Shown: positions 48,587-58,746 of the stretch, in pieces
How positions within the stretch are numbered: position 1 is the first letter of the stretch
How the letters are laid out: each line of letters starts with the position of its first letter
DNA from: Polyangiales bacterium
Lineage (GTDB): Bacteria; Myxococcota_A; Polyangia; Polyangiales; Polyangiaceae
Assembly: GCA_038230375.1 (NCBI GenBank)
Contig: JBBRNJ010000006.1
Location: 1-64,000 of the forward strand
Length of the DNA stretch: 64,000 nt
Reading direction: 5' to 3'
The notes under the pieces: model-generated
Databases searched by the model: none
The model's input: the letters and a program-made list of their open reading frames with translations, nothing else
What the model was told of the DNA's origin: nothing
Program-made: the position numbers and the translations under genes

Positions 48587-49091
48587 ATGGCGCAGAAGTT
48601 CTCGATCGCGGTCAGCGCCGCGCTCCTCGTCGCATGCACGCGCTCCTCGTCACCTTCGTCCTCGACAGTGCAAGGCGCGGCGTCCGCCGTGGGCTCGTCA
48701 TCCACGAGCACGCGAACCAGCCGCGACGATGACGAGTGGGCAGCGAGCGACGCGAGAAAGCCAGCGCTGCTGCCCGAACTGGATCCAGACCTTCGCGGTC
48801 AAGTCACCTCGCGCGTGATCAAGGTCACGCCAGCTGACTCCCCGTTCCTCGCCGAAGGACGCATGTTCATCCTGGAGCGGACGAACAGGGTGGGCGAGGA
48901 GACGGTTCATCACCCGGATCAAGCCACTCACGCTCGCCGGCGGCGCTGGTCCGTGGCGTGGCGCGCTCTTTGCGAACAGCCGCCACCATCTCATCCGGCG
49001 CGTGGATGTCGCGCTCGCAGCGGATGGGAAGATCACGCTCACCGACACGGTCCTGGAGAAGGACGTCCCCATCCCCGGCGTGTCTCCGTGA
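48587..49091 (+). pseudogene. Putative lipoprotein with probable frameshift near 48880-48905
   Basis: GAGGAG SD, LLVAC lipobox; GC3-rich reading continues in the +1 frame (RFITRIKPLTL...PGVSP*). Confidence 0.45.
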
Positions 49092-49107
49092 GCATGGGAT
49101 GGGAGGC

Positions 49108-50133
49108 ATGACCCCGCGAGATCCGCTCCAGGAGAGCGTGACAGCCACGATCATCGCGGGCGACGCGGATGCGGCCGCATGGCTGACGCTCGCCGATGAA
49201 TGTGTAGGATGCATTGATCCGCGCGCCGCGATCGACCTGCGCGAGAGCGTGCGCGCCTCCGGCCCGTCATCGCCTGGCGCACTGGATGCGCTCTGTCGCA
49301 TCATCCTTGGCCTGGAGTGCGACGCACACGACAAGGAGGCCGCGTCCGCGCGCCGTGCGTTCGACACGTGGTTCGGCGACGCCGAGCGAGCGCTGGGCGC
49401 GGGCATCGGCGCCCACGCACGCACGCTGGCGGAGCTCCTACGCGAGCACAACCTGCACAAGGATGCCGTGGCTGTCCTCACACGTGCGACGCGCCATGCG
49501 GACGACGAAGCGTGGAGGACCGCGTGCGCGCTGGGCGAGGCGCTGTGCGCGGCTGGCGAAGGTGAGCAGGCGATGGTCGTGCTTCGAGGGCTGCGCGCTT
49601 CCTCGATGGGCACCGCGCACGCGCTCTTCGTGTGCTCGACGTTCGCGCGCGTGGCGACGCAGCTCGGTCAGTACGACGACGCAATCGCGCTCTATCGTGA
49701 GCTGTCGCGCGACGAAGGAACATCGGAGGCTCGTCGCGAGGCCCTCCTGCGGGTGGCCATCGCCGCGCGCTCTTCCGGCGACGAGCCAGGCGCCCGCGCG
49801 GAGCTGTCTGCCTTGCTCGAGGGGCTACGGCGTGACGGCGTGCTCGCCACTGCATTCGGCGCGCAGGTGACCGATGAGCTCCTCGCGTTGCTCCTCTTGG
49901 CCCAGGACGAGGACGCGATCGCAGTCCAGGAGAGCCTGGTCGCGGCGGTCACCGCGGCGTGTGGCGCCGCGCACGTGGCAACCTTGCAGGAGCGCGCGAA
50001 CCTGTCGGTTGTGCTGGAGATGGTCGGCCACGAAGGTGAGGCGAAGGCGCTCGTCGCCGAGCTCACGAACCTTCGGCCGGAGGGCTTGTCGTTCGAGCGG
50101 TCGCGTCCACACCTCGCGCCGCTCGTCGCCTGA
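49108..50133 (+). CDS. TPR-like helical protein
   Basis: GGAGG SD; Ala/Leu-rich helical repeats. Confidence 0.6.
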   Translation: MTPRDPLQESVTATIIAGDADAAAWLTLADECVGCIDPRAAIDLRESVRASGPSSPGALDALCRIILGLECDAHDKEAASARRAFDTWFGDAERALGAGIGAHARTLAELLREHNLHKDAVAVLTRATRHADDEAWRTACALGEALCAAGEGEQAMVVLRGLRASSMGTAHALFVCSTFARVATQLGQYDDAIALYRELSRDEGTSEARREALLRVAIAARSSGDEPGARAELSALLEGLRRDGVLATAFGAQVTDELLALLLLAQDEDAIAVQESLVAAVTAACGAAHVATLQERANLSVVLEMVGHEGEAKALVAELTNLRPEGLSFERSRPHLAPLVA

Positions 50134-50758
50134 ACAGAAACACGCCGAGCGCGACAACAACGATGCCCGCGCCTGTCGCCACCCACGCCTCCTTCGGCGC
50201 GCTCTTCATCATCTCGAGCAGCTTCTGCCCGAAGAAGCTCATGAGAAGGAACGGCCCCAGATAGGCGAGAAACGAGCCCCAGAAGTGGGTGCGAAAGCGC
50301 ACCTTCGACACGCCGAAGAACGCGTTGAGCAGCGGCGCCGTCCAGAAGACGATGCGCAGCATGAACACGGTCGTGAACGCCCGCTTCTCCAGCGCATCGT
50401 CGTACTTCCGGAACCTCGAGGGAATCTTGGGCGAGAGAAAATCGCGCGCGACGAATCGTGCGAACGAAAATCCGACGAGGCTCGCGGCCATGCCGCCCGC
50501 CATCGAGAGACCGAACGCGATCGGCCACGGCCATATCAGCGCCGCGGCGAACACGAAGACCGTCCCCGGAATGCCCCACGGCTGGAAGATCCCGAACGCC
50601 GCGATGAACGCGACGTACCCCCACGGCCCGAGCTCCAGGAGCGCGCGCGAGAGCTCCGCCAGATCTGACAGCTTTGCGAGCACGCCCGTCTGCTGCGCGA
50701 CGACGAGCAAGATCACGACGAGCAGCGCGACGCCCGCCTTGGGATGCCATGATTTCAC
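50063..50758 (-). CDS. TVP38/DedA (VTT domain) membrane protein
   Basis: PGTVFVFAAALIW, FSFARFVARD, LRIVF..P; GTG start chosen. Confidence 0.8.
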   Translation of the reverse strand: MKSWHPKAGVALLVVILLVVAQQTGVLAKLSDLAELSRALLELGPWGYVAFIAAFGIFQPWGIPGTVFVFAAALIWPWPIAFGLSMAGGMAASLVGFSFARFVARDFLSPKIPSRFRKYDDALEKRAFTTVFMLRIVFWTAPLLNAFFGVSKVRFRTHFWGSFLAYLGPFLLMSFFGQKLLEMMKSAPKEAWVATGAGIVVVALGVFLFRRRAARGVDATARTTSPPAEGS

Positions 50759-50820
50759 GTGAGTGTCATGCCTTGCTCGGAACAGTGTAACACCCACGCG
50801 CGTCGTGACATCCTTGGGGT

Positions 50821-52185
50821 GTGAAGCCATTTCGTGTCGCTTTTCCCGTCGTGTTCGTGATTGTCGCGTCGGTCGCATCGGGCGCATGCAATCGCCAGTC
50901 GGTGGCGCCCGTCCCCGCGATGGATGAGGCGTCGGCGGATGCGGCGGTCGTGGGCAGCACCGCGGATGCAGCACCGCCGCGCGATGCGGGACAGGGGCCC
51001 ATCGGCAAGGCGGGAGGAATCTTCCGCGGCGAGGGCGCGCAGATCATCGTGCCCGAGGATGCGCTCACCACAGACGTCACGTTCAAGATCACGCGCGTCA
51101 CGGGAGACGCGCTCGCCGACTGGCCGCATGGCACGCAGACGGGCTTCGTGTTCGAGCCCGCGAACCAGCGCTTCCGCATTCCGATCACCATCAAGCTGCC
51201 GCACCCCGAAGGCGAGGGCGAAGTGGTCTGCCAGAATCATCCGGGAGACCGCCTCACGTTCCAGTTCGAACCGATGCCGGACCATCGCTTCCCGTTGCAT
51301 GTCGCGCAGCTGCCGCAGCGCTGTGCGGTCTACGCGACCGAGCACGTGCGCGCGCTCCGTGCGCAGCGCGACCGCGAGTCCGGCCAGGTGAAGCGCACGA
51401 ACGACTCGTTCCACTGGGAAATCAAGGGTCGGATCTGCGATCCGCACGAGCTCGTGCGACCCAACGCAGGGAAGGATATTCGCGAGCCGCCGGGGATCGG
51501 TGGTTGTCCCGCTGGCATGGCGCCCATCCCGAACAAGAAGGGCGTGTGCGTCGACCGCTGGGAGGCGCACGTGGTCGAGCTGATGGAGGACGACACGGAG
51601 CACACCTGGAGCCCGTACTTCAACCCAGGCACACTGCGCGTGAAGGCGATGAGCGCGCCGGGCGCGGTCCCGCAGGCGTACATCTCGCAGCTTCAAGCGG
51701 GCGCGGCGTGCGCAGCGGCTCACAAGCGGCTGTGCAACGATGACGAATGGGTGCTCGCGTGCCGTGGCACCAAGAACACGCAGTTCCCGTACGGCAACGA
51801 CGAGAAGCGTGGAACCTGCAACGATCATCGCGACAAGCATCCCGCCGTCGAATACCTGGAGCGTCAGGATCTCTCGGTGTTCACGAAGCTGGAGCATCCG
51901 TGCATCAACCAGGTGCCCGACTCGCTCCTTCCCGCGGGCGACAAGAAGGCGTGCACCAACGGCGACCAGACCGGCGAGTTCGACATGGTGGGCAACCTGC
52001 ACGAATGGACGGCCGACCCCACCGGCCACTTCCGCGGCGGCTACTACGTGGACACGTGGCTCAACGGCCACGGCTGCGACTACGTCACGACGCGACACGA
52101 GGCGCGCTACTGGGACTACTCCACCGGCTTCCGCTGCTGCGCCGACGCGAAGACAGAGCAGTCTCGTGGGCCCGACGGCGGTTGA
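50821..52185 (+). CDS. SUMF1/FGE-sulfatase-domain lipoprotein with ZU5-like N-domain
   Basis: ASGAC lipobox; KRLCNDDEW..ACRG; DMVGNLHEW; GFRCC. Confidence 0.8.
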   Translation: MKPFRVAFPVVFVIVASVASGACNRQSVAPVPAMDEASADAAVVGSTADAAPPRDAGQGPIGKAGGIFRGEGAQIIVPEDALTTDVTFKITRVTGDALADWPHGTQTGFVFEPANQRFRIPITIKLPHPEGEGEVVCQNHPGDRLTFQFEPMPDHRFPLHVAQLPQRCAVYATEHVRALRAQRDRESGQVKRTNDSFHWEIKGRICDPHELVRPNAGKDIREPPGIGGCPAGMAPIPNKKGVCVDRWEAHVVELMEDDTEHTWSPYFNPGTLRVKAMSAPGAVPQAYISQLQAGAACAAAHKRLCNDDEWVLACRGTKNTQFPYGNDEKRGTCNDHRDKHPAVEYLERQDLSVFTKLEHPCINQVPDSLLPAGDKKACTNGDQTGEFDMVGNLHEWTADPTGHFRGGYYVDTWLNGHGCDYVTTRHEARYWDYSTGFRCCADAKTEQSRGPDGG

Positions 52186-52197
52186 TCAGGCGACGAC

Positions 52198-53019
52198 TCA
52201 GTTGCTAGCGAGCACGGCCTGCGCTGCCGCCATGCCCACCGACACGGCCTCGCTGTGGTCTTCGTTCTTCTTCACCATCGCGCCCTTGCCGGTGAACGCG
52301 ATGTATGTGACGCCGCTGTCCACGCCGCCGGTGCTCGGGCTGCTGGGAATGCCCAGGCTCTTCGCCATGGCGTACGACGACTCGCCGATGATGGTCTTGG
52401 GGCCGAGGTCCCCGATGATGCCGAACTCCATCTTGCCGTTGTAGATGACGGCGACCACGCTGCCGAGCGCCAGGCCGGAAGCCGTGTAGCTCCACTTGGT
52501 GCCCGCGATGGGGACGACGATGTACGGAAGGATGGACGCGTCGAGCGGGGTGTTCGTGGACGTGTGCGCCGCGGTGTCACCCTGGAAGGATGGGTCCGTG
52601 GCCTTGCTGCACACCGCGGACGAGACGCCGTCGCAGTCGATGTCCATGTCCGCCGTGAAGAACACGGCACCCGTGAGCCCGCACACGTCCACAGTCGTGG
52701 GCGAGCCGACGTCCGTCGAGTACGGGGATGTGGAGATCTTGGTCTTGCACGTCTTCGTCAACGCGAGCAGCTGCGCCGCAGTGACGCCTGAACCTGCGTC
52801 CGCCTTGGAGCCAGAGTCGCCCGCGCCGCTATCCGCGCCCGGTTTCGCGCCGCTGTCCTGCGCGGTCTGGCCCTGTCCCGCATCCGAGGATGATCCATTC
52901 GTGCCGCCGTCGTCGTTCAGTGCGGTGTTCGAGTCGCCGCTGGGCGCGCTCGCATCGCCGCCGCAAGCGACGAGGATGCCGGCGACGAGCGCGATGGAGG
53001 TGAGGACGGAGGAGCGCAA
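52198..53019 (-). CDS. GH75 chitosanase lipoprotein
   Basis: LVAC lipobox; ADMDIDCDG, PYIVVP, GIIGDLGP..IGESS, VTYIAF. Confidence 0.85.
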   Translation of the reverse strand: MRSSVLTSIALVAGILVACGGDASAPSGDSNTALNDDGGTNGSSSDAGQGQTAQDSGAKPGADSGAGDSGSKADAGSGVTAAQLLALTKTCKTKISTSPYSTDVGSPTTVDVCGLTGAVFFTADMDIDCDGVSSAVCSKATDPSFQGDTAAHTSTNTPLDASILPYIVVPIAGTKWSYTASGLALGSVVAVIYNGKMEFGIIGDLGPKTIIGESSYAMAKSLGIPSSPSTGGVDSGVTYIAFTGKGAMVKKNEDHSEAVSVGMAAAQAVLASN

Positions 53020-54179
53020 GACACGGGCACTCTAGCACCGGCCACCTCATCGCCAAGCACCCCCACGTCGAATGCCACATCCACGAGGGTCAGCTCCACA
53101 TAGGTGAACGTGCTGGCTGTCATGTCCAGACCGCTGCCCTCCTCCCAGCGGGCCGCCCCGGCCGTGCTGACGCGTCGCGTTCCAAACGAGCGGTAATTCT
53201 TCACCGGTGTGGTCCAGCGCGTCCGGGTGAAGGACGTGCCGTCGGCCGATGCCTTGAAGCGATCGTCGGAGCGAAAGTCCGCGAGCTCGCCCTGGTCGTT
53301 GAACACCAGGTCTGCGCTGATTGTCTCCTTGCCCCGCGTGTAGGTCGCGCGGACCGTGCGCGCGTCGATCTCCTCCCAGACAATAGAGCGGTCGATGAGC
53401 ATCGAGGGCGCGAGCAGGCAGAGATCGTTGAACAGCGTGACCGTCTCCCCGCGGTTCATCTCTGGACCCTTCGCGTCCACGACCGTGAAGGTCGACAGCA
53501 GGCGCACGCGAAAGGTCGCTGGCTCACCTTTGAAGCGGTGGAAGACGTCGACCGGTAGACCCTTCATGGTCGCGTCCATGAAGAAGAACCGTGACGGCAC
53601 GCCGTCGAAGAAATCGTACTGCTCAGCGTCGAATGACATCCAGGGCTCCTGAGCGCCTCCGCGGATGCGGCCTGTCCAGCGCGCGCGGACGTTCCGGACC
53701 TGCGGCTGGCCGACGGAGCCGCCGAGGCGAAGGTAGCGCTGCACTGGCGTCGGGAGCCGACGCAGGTCGTCCTCCGTCACAACCCGTGGTGTGCTCGGAG
53801 CGGCGAGAGCCTCACGCACTGCTTCATTGTATTCTGCACGCATACTCATGGGGCCGTGGGACTCGAAGCGGAAGAACACGGCGGACAGGAGGACCACGTT
53901 TGCGAGCGTGCCGAACTTCGCGTCCGACCACGAAGAGATGATCACGAACTGCGACGCCAGGAGTGCGCAGAGACCCACGAGCCAGAACAGCCGCGGGCTC
54001 ATGACGAAAGTCGCCGCCGCTGAGATCATCAGCGACATCGCCCCTAGCCAGAGGAGACCCATCGGGTGCGCGATGGGCGCCTTGAGCTGCGGCAGCTCGG
54101 CGAAACCAAATGCCTTCACGAAGCCCATCACGTGAATCAGCCCGTGCACGGCGAGAATGGAGACGAGCACCCAGCGCAT
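52917..54179 (-). CDS. DUF6544-like membrane-anchored protein
   Basis: VHGLIH..GF N-terminal TMs; LPTPVQRYL; ETVTLFND; FRSDDR. The 3' end overlaps the GH75 gene. Confidence 0.7.
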   Translation of the reverse strand: MRWVLVSILAVHGLIHVMGFVKAFGFAELPQLKAPIAHPMGLLWLGAMSLMISAAATFVMSPRLFWLVGLCALLASQFVIISSWSDAKFGTLANVVLLSAVFFRFESHGPMSMRAEYNEAVREALAAPSTPRVVTEDDLRRLPTPVQRYLRLGGSVGQPQVRNVRARWTGRIRGGAQEPWMSFDAEQYDFFDGVPSRFFFMDATMKGLPVDVFHRFKGEPATFRVRLLSTFTVVDAKGPEMNRGETVTLFNDLCLLAPSMLIDRSIVWEEIDARTVRATYTRGKETISADLVFNDQGELADFRSDDRFKASADGTSFTRTRWTTPVKNYRSFGTRRVSTAGAARWEEGSGLDMTASTFTYVELTLVDVAFDVGVLGDEVAGARVPVSCAPPSSPPSRSSPASSSLAAAMRARPAATRTPH

Positions 54180-54327
54180 GTTGGTCTCGCCGAGCATCAA
54201 CCGTGCCGGACAGCGCGGCACGATGCTCCGAGCAGCCCGATGACCGATGCGCAGAACGTGCGTGAGGCATGAAATCGCTTCGCCGCGCGGTCGCCACGCC
54301 GCGCGCTTCTTGATCTACCCTGTTCGC

Positions 54328-55332
54328 ATGCACCGTCTGCCGACACTCACACCGCTCGTCGGACTGCTGGTTCTCGCAGCATGCGCTGGAGGCGGTGCCA
54401 ACGACGCGCCGCGTTCCGCGCAGAATGCGTCCACCACGGTTGCGCGAACGTCGCCGCTCTTCGAGCTTCACAGCGATCCGTGGGTGAACCTGCACCAGCG
54501 GCTTATCGCAGAGGCCACCTCGAACCAGTACTGGCATGCTCCGGTGGGCACCTGCACGTGCGCGATGGACGCGGATGGCAAGGTGCTGCCCGTGTGGGCC
54601 GCCGCCGTCGCGGGATACAAGGCCGATTTCGCGGAGCGCAATCCCGTGTTCGATTCCGGGCTCGTTCGCACCAACCTCACATTTGCCGTCGCGGGCCCGA
54701 GCGCCATGCTCCCGAAGGTCGGCGTGGACGCCGCCGTCGCGAAGTGGATCGAAGGCACCTACGAGCCGTACATGCGCGGCGCATGGCCAGCCGACGACGC
54801 GCGCAACAAGGCGTGGATCGCCGCGGTGGAGCCGCTCATCGCGAAGTGGGGTCGCGAGATCGCGAACGAGCTCGCGAAGCGCTACGGCATCACGTGGCCG
54901 GGCAGACCGATCCGCGTCGAGGTCACGCAGTACGCGGGCTTCGGCGGCGCATACACGACCGGCGATCCGATCCTGACCACGATGTCCAGCGAGGATGCTG
55001 GCTATGCGGGTGATGCGGCGCTCGAGATGCTCTTCCACGAGGCCTCGCACGGGCTCGACACGAACCTCGCGCACGATCTCCAGATGGCGTTCGTGGCCCG
55101 CGGAAAGCGCGAGCCTCGCTCGCTCGACCACGCGATCATCTTCTACACGGCCGGGGAGCTCGCGCGGCGCAGGCTCGGGCCTTCCTATGTTCCGTACGCG
55201 TACAAGCAGGGCGTCTACAAACGCGGCATGGAAAAGTACGAAGCCGCGCTGCGCGCGCACTGGCAACCGTGGCTCGACGATCAGATCGACATGCAAACGG
55301 CCCTTGATCGCCTCGCCGCAAACCTGGAATGA
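54328..55332 (+). CDS. Lipoprotein with HExxH motif (putative zinc peptidase)
   Basis: LAAC lipobox; EMLFHEASH. Confidence 0.7.
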   Translation: MHRLPTLTPLVGLLVLAACAGGGANDAPRSAQNASTTVARTSPLFELHSDPWVNLHQRLIAEATSNQYWHAPVGTCTCAMDADGKVLPVWAAAVAGYKADFAERNPVFDSGLVRTNLTFAVAGPSAMLPKVGVDAAVAKWIEGTYEPYMRGAWPADDARNKAWIAAVEPLIAKWGREIANELAKRYGITWPGRPIRVEVTQYAGFGGAYTTGDPILTTMSSEDAGYAGDAALEMLFHEASHGLDTNLAHDLQMAFVARGKREPRSLDHAIIFYTAGELARRRLGPSYVPYAYKQGVYKRGMEKYEAALRAHWQPWLDDQIDMQTALDRLAANLE

Positions 55333-55388
55333 ACGCGTGAATGTGCGCCCCTTTCGCGCGGGGCGGGAAGGGCCTACGACTACGGACC

Positions 55389-56093
55389 ATGACAACCAAG
55401 AAGGTGTGCGTCGTCGTGGGAGTGGGGCCAGGAAACGGCGCGGCGCTCGGCCGTCGCTTCGCGAAGGAGGGCTATGCGGTCGCGCTCCTCGCACGAACGC
55501 AGGAGACCAGCGGGCCACTGGCGAAGAGCCTTCCGGATGCGCGCGCCTATACCTGCGACGTCACGGATGACGCGCAGATCGCGAGCGTGTTCGAGGCGAT
55601 CACGAGGGAGATGGGGCCCGTGCACACGCTGGTCTACAACGCCGGTTCCGGCTCGTGGGGCACCGTGGAGGACGTGGAGCCCGCAGCGCTCCTGGGCGCT
55701 CTTCGTGTGAACGCGCTCGGGCTGATGGTGGCGGCGAAGAAGGTCATCCCGGAGATGAAGGGGCAGGGCGGCGGCAACATCGTCGTCATCGGCGCGACGT
55801 CATCGCGCAGGGGCATGGCGCGCACGGCTGGCTTCGCGCCCGCAAAGGCCGCACAGAAGAGCCTCACCGAGTCCATGGCCCGTCACCTGTGGCCGCAGAA
55901 CATCCACGTGTCGCTCATCATCGTGGACGGCGTGGTCGATCTCCCGCGCACGCGCACCATGATGAAGGACAAGCCAGACGATTTCTTCATCGCGCCCGAT
56001 GATCTCGCGGACACGGCGTTCCATCTGACGACGCAGCCGCGTTCGGCGTGGTCCTTCGAGGTGGAGGCACGCCCGTTCAAGGAGACATGGTAG
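55389..56093 (+). CDS. Short-chain dehydrogenase/reductase
   Basis: VGVGPGNG, YNAG, FAPAK in place of YxxxK, VDGVVD. Confidence 0.88.
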   Translation: MTTKKVCVVVGVGPGNGAALGRRFAKEGYAVALLARTQETSGPLAKSLPDARAYTCDVTDDAQIASVFEAITREMGPVHTLVYNAGSGSWGTVEDVEPAALLGALRVNALGLMVAAKKVIPEMKGQGGGNIVVIGATSSRRGMARTAGFAPAKAAQKSLTESMARHLWPQNIHVSLIIVDGVVDLPRTRTMMKDKPDDFFIAPDDLADTAFHLTTQPRSAWSFEVEARPFKETW

Positions 56094-56115
56094 AAAATTC
56101 CGGGGAGCTCACATC

Positions 56116-56631
56116 ATGACGTATCGAACCGGTCCGGCCGCCGCTCCGCTGATCACTTGCCTTGCTGGCTATCTTGTCGCGCTCGACCCGGAGCGTGGCA
56201 CGGAGCTGTGGTCGCATGCGCTCGACCGTTCGCCGGGCCGCGCGCTTCACGTGGGCGACACATTCTTTCTGGCGACGCGTGCCGCCGGACGCGGGGAGCC
56301 TTCGGACCTCCTGGTCTTCGATGCACGTACTGGAGCTCTGCGCGCCGACAACAGCCTGGGTTTCCAGGTCACCGCCGCGCTCGCACACCAGAACCGCGTA
56401 TACCTGGGTGGAGTCGACGGCCTGGTGGGGCTCACCGGCGACGGGGCGATCCTGTTCCGCTACGTCCTCGAGGTGCGAGAGAAGAGCGCATGGAACGGCG
56501 ACCAGCACGACGTCGTCCACTACGACGGTCGTGCTGTGGAGCTGGCCAGAAAACCGCAGAACGGCAGGAGTTCGTTCGACGGATTGCTCGTCCTCGGCGA
56601 CCTCACGAGCCAGCCGGATTTCGACAGCTGA
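56116..56631 (+). CDS. PQQ-like beta-propeller repeat protein
   Basis: LVALDPERGTELW, FDARTG repeats. Confidence 0.6.
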   Translation: MTYRTGPAAAPLITCLAGYLVALDPERGTELWSHALDRSPGRALHVGDTFFLATRAAGRGEPSDLLVFDARTGALRADNSLGFQVTAALAHQNRVYLGGVDGLVGLTGDGAILFRYVLEVREKSAWNGDQHDVVHYDGRAVELARKPQNGRSSFDGLLVLGDLTSQPDFDS

Positions 56632-56658
56632 CGGCCTTCGAGACGCCGCAACCGCCGC

Positions 56659-57108
56659 TCAAGTCGCGGGCGGCTCTGACTGCTTGGCGGCATCGCGTGC
56701 GAGCTCGATGAGCCAGTTCTTGTCCTCAGGATCCTTCGTGAGCTTGGCTGCCTTCTTGAAGCCGACAGCCGCTGCACGGTAGAGCGCGCGTGCACGGCGC
56801 TGCTTCTTCTCGTCGCGCGTGCGCGTGGCGAGCATCTCGCAGGTCTTTGCAAGCGTGGTCCACGTGGACTTGTGCTCCGGGACCAGGCGCGTTGCTTTGC
56901 GTGCATAGTACAACGCACGCGCCGCTGATTTTCTGCGCGCCCAGCCACGCGCGAGCTCCTCCGCAACGACCGCGGCATCGTCGGGGACGCCGGTGCCCAG
57001 CGCGATCGCATATGCCTCCTCGAGCTTCGCGACCGCGCTCTTCGGATCGCTCTTCATCGACGCGGCTGCTTCCTTGAGGAGGCGGGCGATGTCTTCGTGG
57101 GCGCTCAT
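56659..57108 (-). CDS. Small TPR-like helical protein
   Basis: GAGGGG SD; ALYYARKATRLVPE..WTTLA; downstream of rtcB. Confidence 0.7.
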   Translation of the reverse strand: MSAHEDIARLLKEAAASMKSDPKSAVAKLEEAYAIALGTGVPDDAAVVAEELARGWARRKSAARALYYARKATRLVPEHKSTWTTLAKTCEMLATRTRDEKKQRRARALYRAAAVGFKKAAKLTKDPEDKNWLIELARDAAKQSEPPAT

Positions 57109-57189
57109 CCGGCGCCCCTCGTGAGGTGGCTCATGGAGGACCCATTCTACGCCAAGGATGCGTGCGCGCGCGACCCCCGCTGTGATGTG

Positions 57190-58596
57190 TCAGTCCATGC
57201 CCTTCATGTTCGCCACCGGGTAGAGGCGGTGCGCGACCTTTGCGATACCCTCCGCCTCGAGCACGCCAAGCACGTCGTCCAGGTTCTTGTAGACGTGCGC
57301 GCACTCGTCGAGTGGCGTCTTCTTGGTGTTGCCCACGATGCCCGTGATCTCGACGCCGCCGAGCGTGCGCGTGACGTCGCGCATCTCGCGATCAATCTCG
57401 CGCTGCTTGGGCGCGAGCTCGCGCTTGGCCGTGCCGCGCGCCATCTGACGTCCTGACCCGTGGTTCACCGAGAAGCCCGAGCGCGATGCGCCCGGCTGCG
57501 CGAAGAGGATCGCGGCGCCCTCGTACATGGATCCCGGGATGAGGCACGGGTGCCCCGTCTTCTCCCATGCACCGCCTACGAGATCCGGATGACCCGCCGG
57601 GAACGCGCGCGTGGCGCCCTTGCGGTGCACGAAGCCGCGCTTCGTGGTCCCGTCGGGGAGCACGAGGGTCTCCTGCTGCACCAGGTTGTGAGAGATCTCG
57701 TAGTAGACAACGCCCTCCTTCGCGAACACGTTTTGCAGCGCCTCCTGCACGCCGCGCACGATGATGTGGCGGTTCGCAACGGCGTAGTTCGCGGCGCTGT
57801 TGTGGTGCGCCCAGTACTCGCGGCCCAGCGGTTCGTCCATGCGGAGCCAGCTGTCCTCGCGCCGGTTCTTGGGCAGGCCGCGCACTGCAGCGCCCTCGTA
57901 GAAGTAGTGGTTCGCGGTCTGCCAGCCGTAGCCGCGCGAGCCGCAGTGGATCATCACCCACACCTCGCCGGTGTCGCGCTCGACCTGCATCTCGATGAAG
58001 TGGTTGCCGCCGCCCACGGAGCCGAGCTGCGGCACGACCTTGTCGTACGCGCGCCGGATCCTGCTGGTGTCGAGATCGTCCGGCACCTCGATGTACTGGC
58101 GCTCGCACAGATCGGCTGAGACGCCGAGCGCCTTCGCGCCGTGACGGAGGATGTCTTCTGCCTTGCTCCACGAGAAGCGCGGCATGAGCGACGGACGCCC
58201 GGAGCCCACGCCCGTGGCCACGCGCTTCTCGACCTCGTCGATCCAGCGCGCGCGACGCTCCCAGTCGGCCACGTGCTCCGCAGCCAGGCCCGGCACGCGC
58301 ATGTAGAGGACGCCGCACGAGATGTCGTAGCCAGAGCCCGCCTGGATGATCGTGTCCTCGGTGACGACGACGCAGCCCACAGGCACGCCGTACCCCGAGT
58401 GCGCATCCGGCATGAGGTACGCGCCGATCACGCCCTCGTAGGAGGCAGCGCTCGCGAGCTGGTGCCACATCGCCTCCTCGGTGCGCTCGTAGAGGGCCTC
58501 CGAGAAGAACGCGTGAGCGTCCACGCGCATCTTTGCCGTGCGCGGCAGCACGTAGTGGTTGTCGGAGATTTTCTGGGCGAAATATTTGAGAGACAT
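57190..58596 (-). CDS. rtcB: RNA 2',3'-cyclic phosphate/5'-OH ligase RtcB
   Basis: MPDAH, DISCG, GGGNHFIE, HCGSRG, SHN, HRKGAT, IPGSM, HGSGR, DE...YK. Confidence 0.95.
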   Translation of the reverse strand: MSLKYFAQKISDNHYVLPRTAKMRVDAHAFFSEALYERTEEAMWHQLASAASYEGVIGAYLMPDAHSGYGVPVGCVVVTEDTIIQAGSGYDISCGVLYMRVPGLAAEHVADWERRARWIDEVEKRVATGVGSGRPSLMPRFSWSKAEDILRHGAKALGVSADLCERQYIEVPDDLDTSRIRRAYDKVVPQLGSVGGGNHFIEMQVERDTGEVWVMIHCGSRGYGWQTANHYFYEGAAVRGLPKNRREDSWLRMDEPLGREYWAHHNSAANYAVANRHIIVRGVQEALQNVFAKEGVVYYEISHNLVQQETLVLPDGTTKRGFVHRKGATRAFPAGHPDLVGGAWEKTGHPCLIPGSMYEGAAILFAQPGASRSGFSVNHGSGRQMARGTAKRELAPKQREIDREMRDVTRTLGGVEITGIVGNTKKTPLDECAHVYKNLDDVLGVLEAEGIAKVAHRLYPVANMKGMD

Positions 58597-58658
58597 GGGC
58601 TTGCTCGAAGGATGAATGATGCACGAATAAGCGGAAAACGCAGCGCCAATCAGATCAG

Positions 58659-58745
58659 CGGAAGCCGGGTGAATCGAACACCATGCCCCGATGGGGCACG
58701 CACTGGTTAGCGGCCAGGCTCACGGCCATCCGTGATTCAACTTCC
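58659..58745 (-). tRNA. Irregular tRNA-Ser(GCT), 8/4 tRNA-Sec-like fold, no encoded CCA
   Basis: Acceptor GGAAGTTG/CGGCTTCC (8 bp), D-arm TCACGG-ATGG-CCGTGA, anticodon loop CCGCTAA, V-arm TGCCCC-ATC-GGGGCA, T-arm GGTG-TTCGATT-CACC, G73. Confidence 0.85.
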
Positions 58746-58746
58746 G

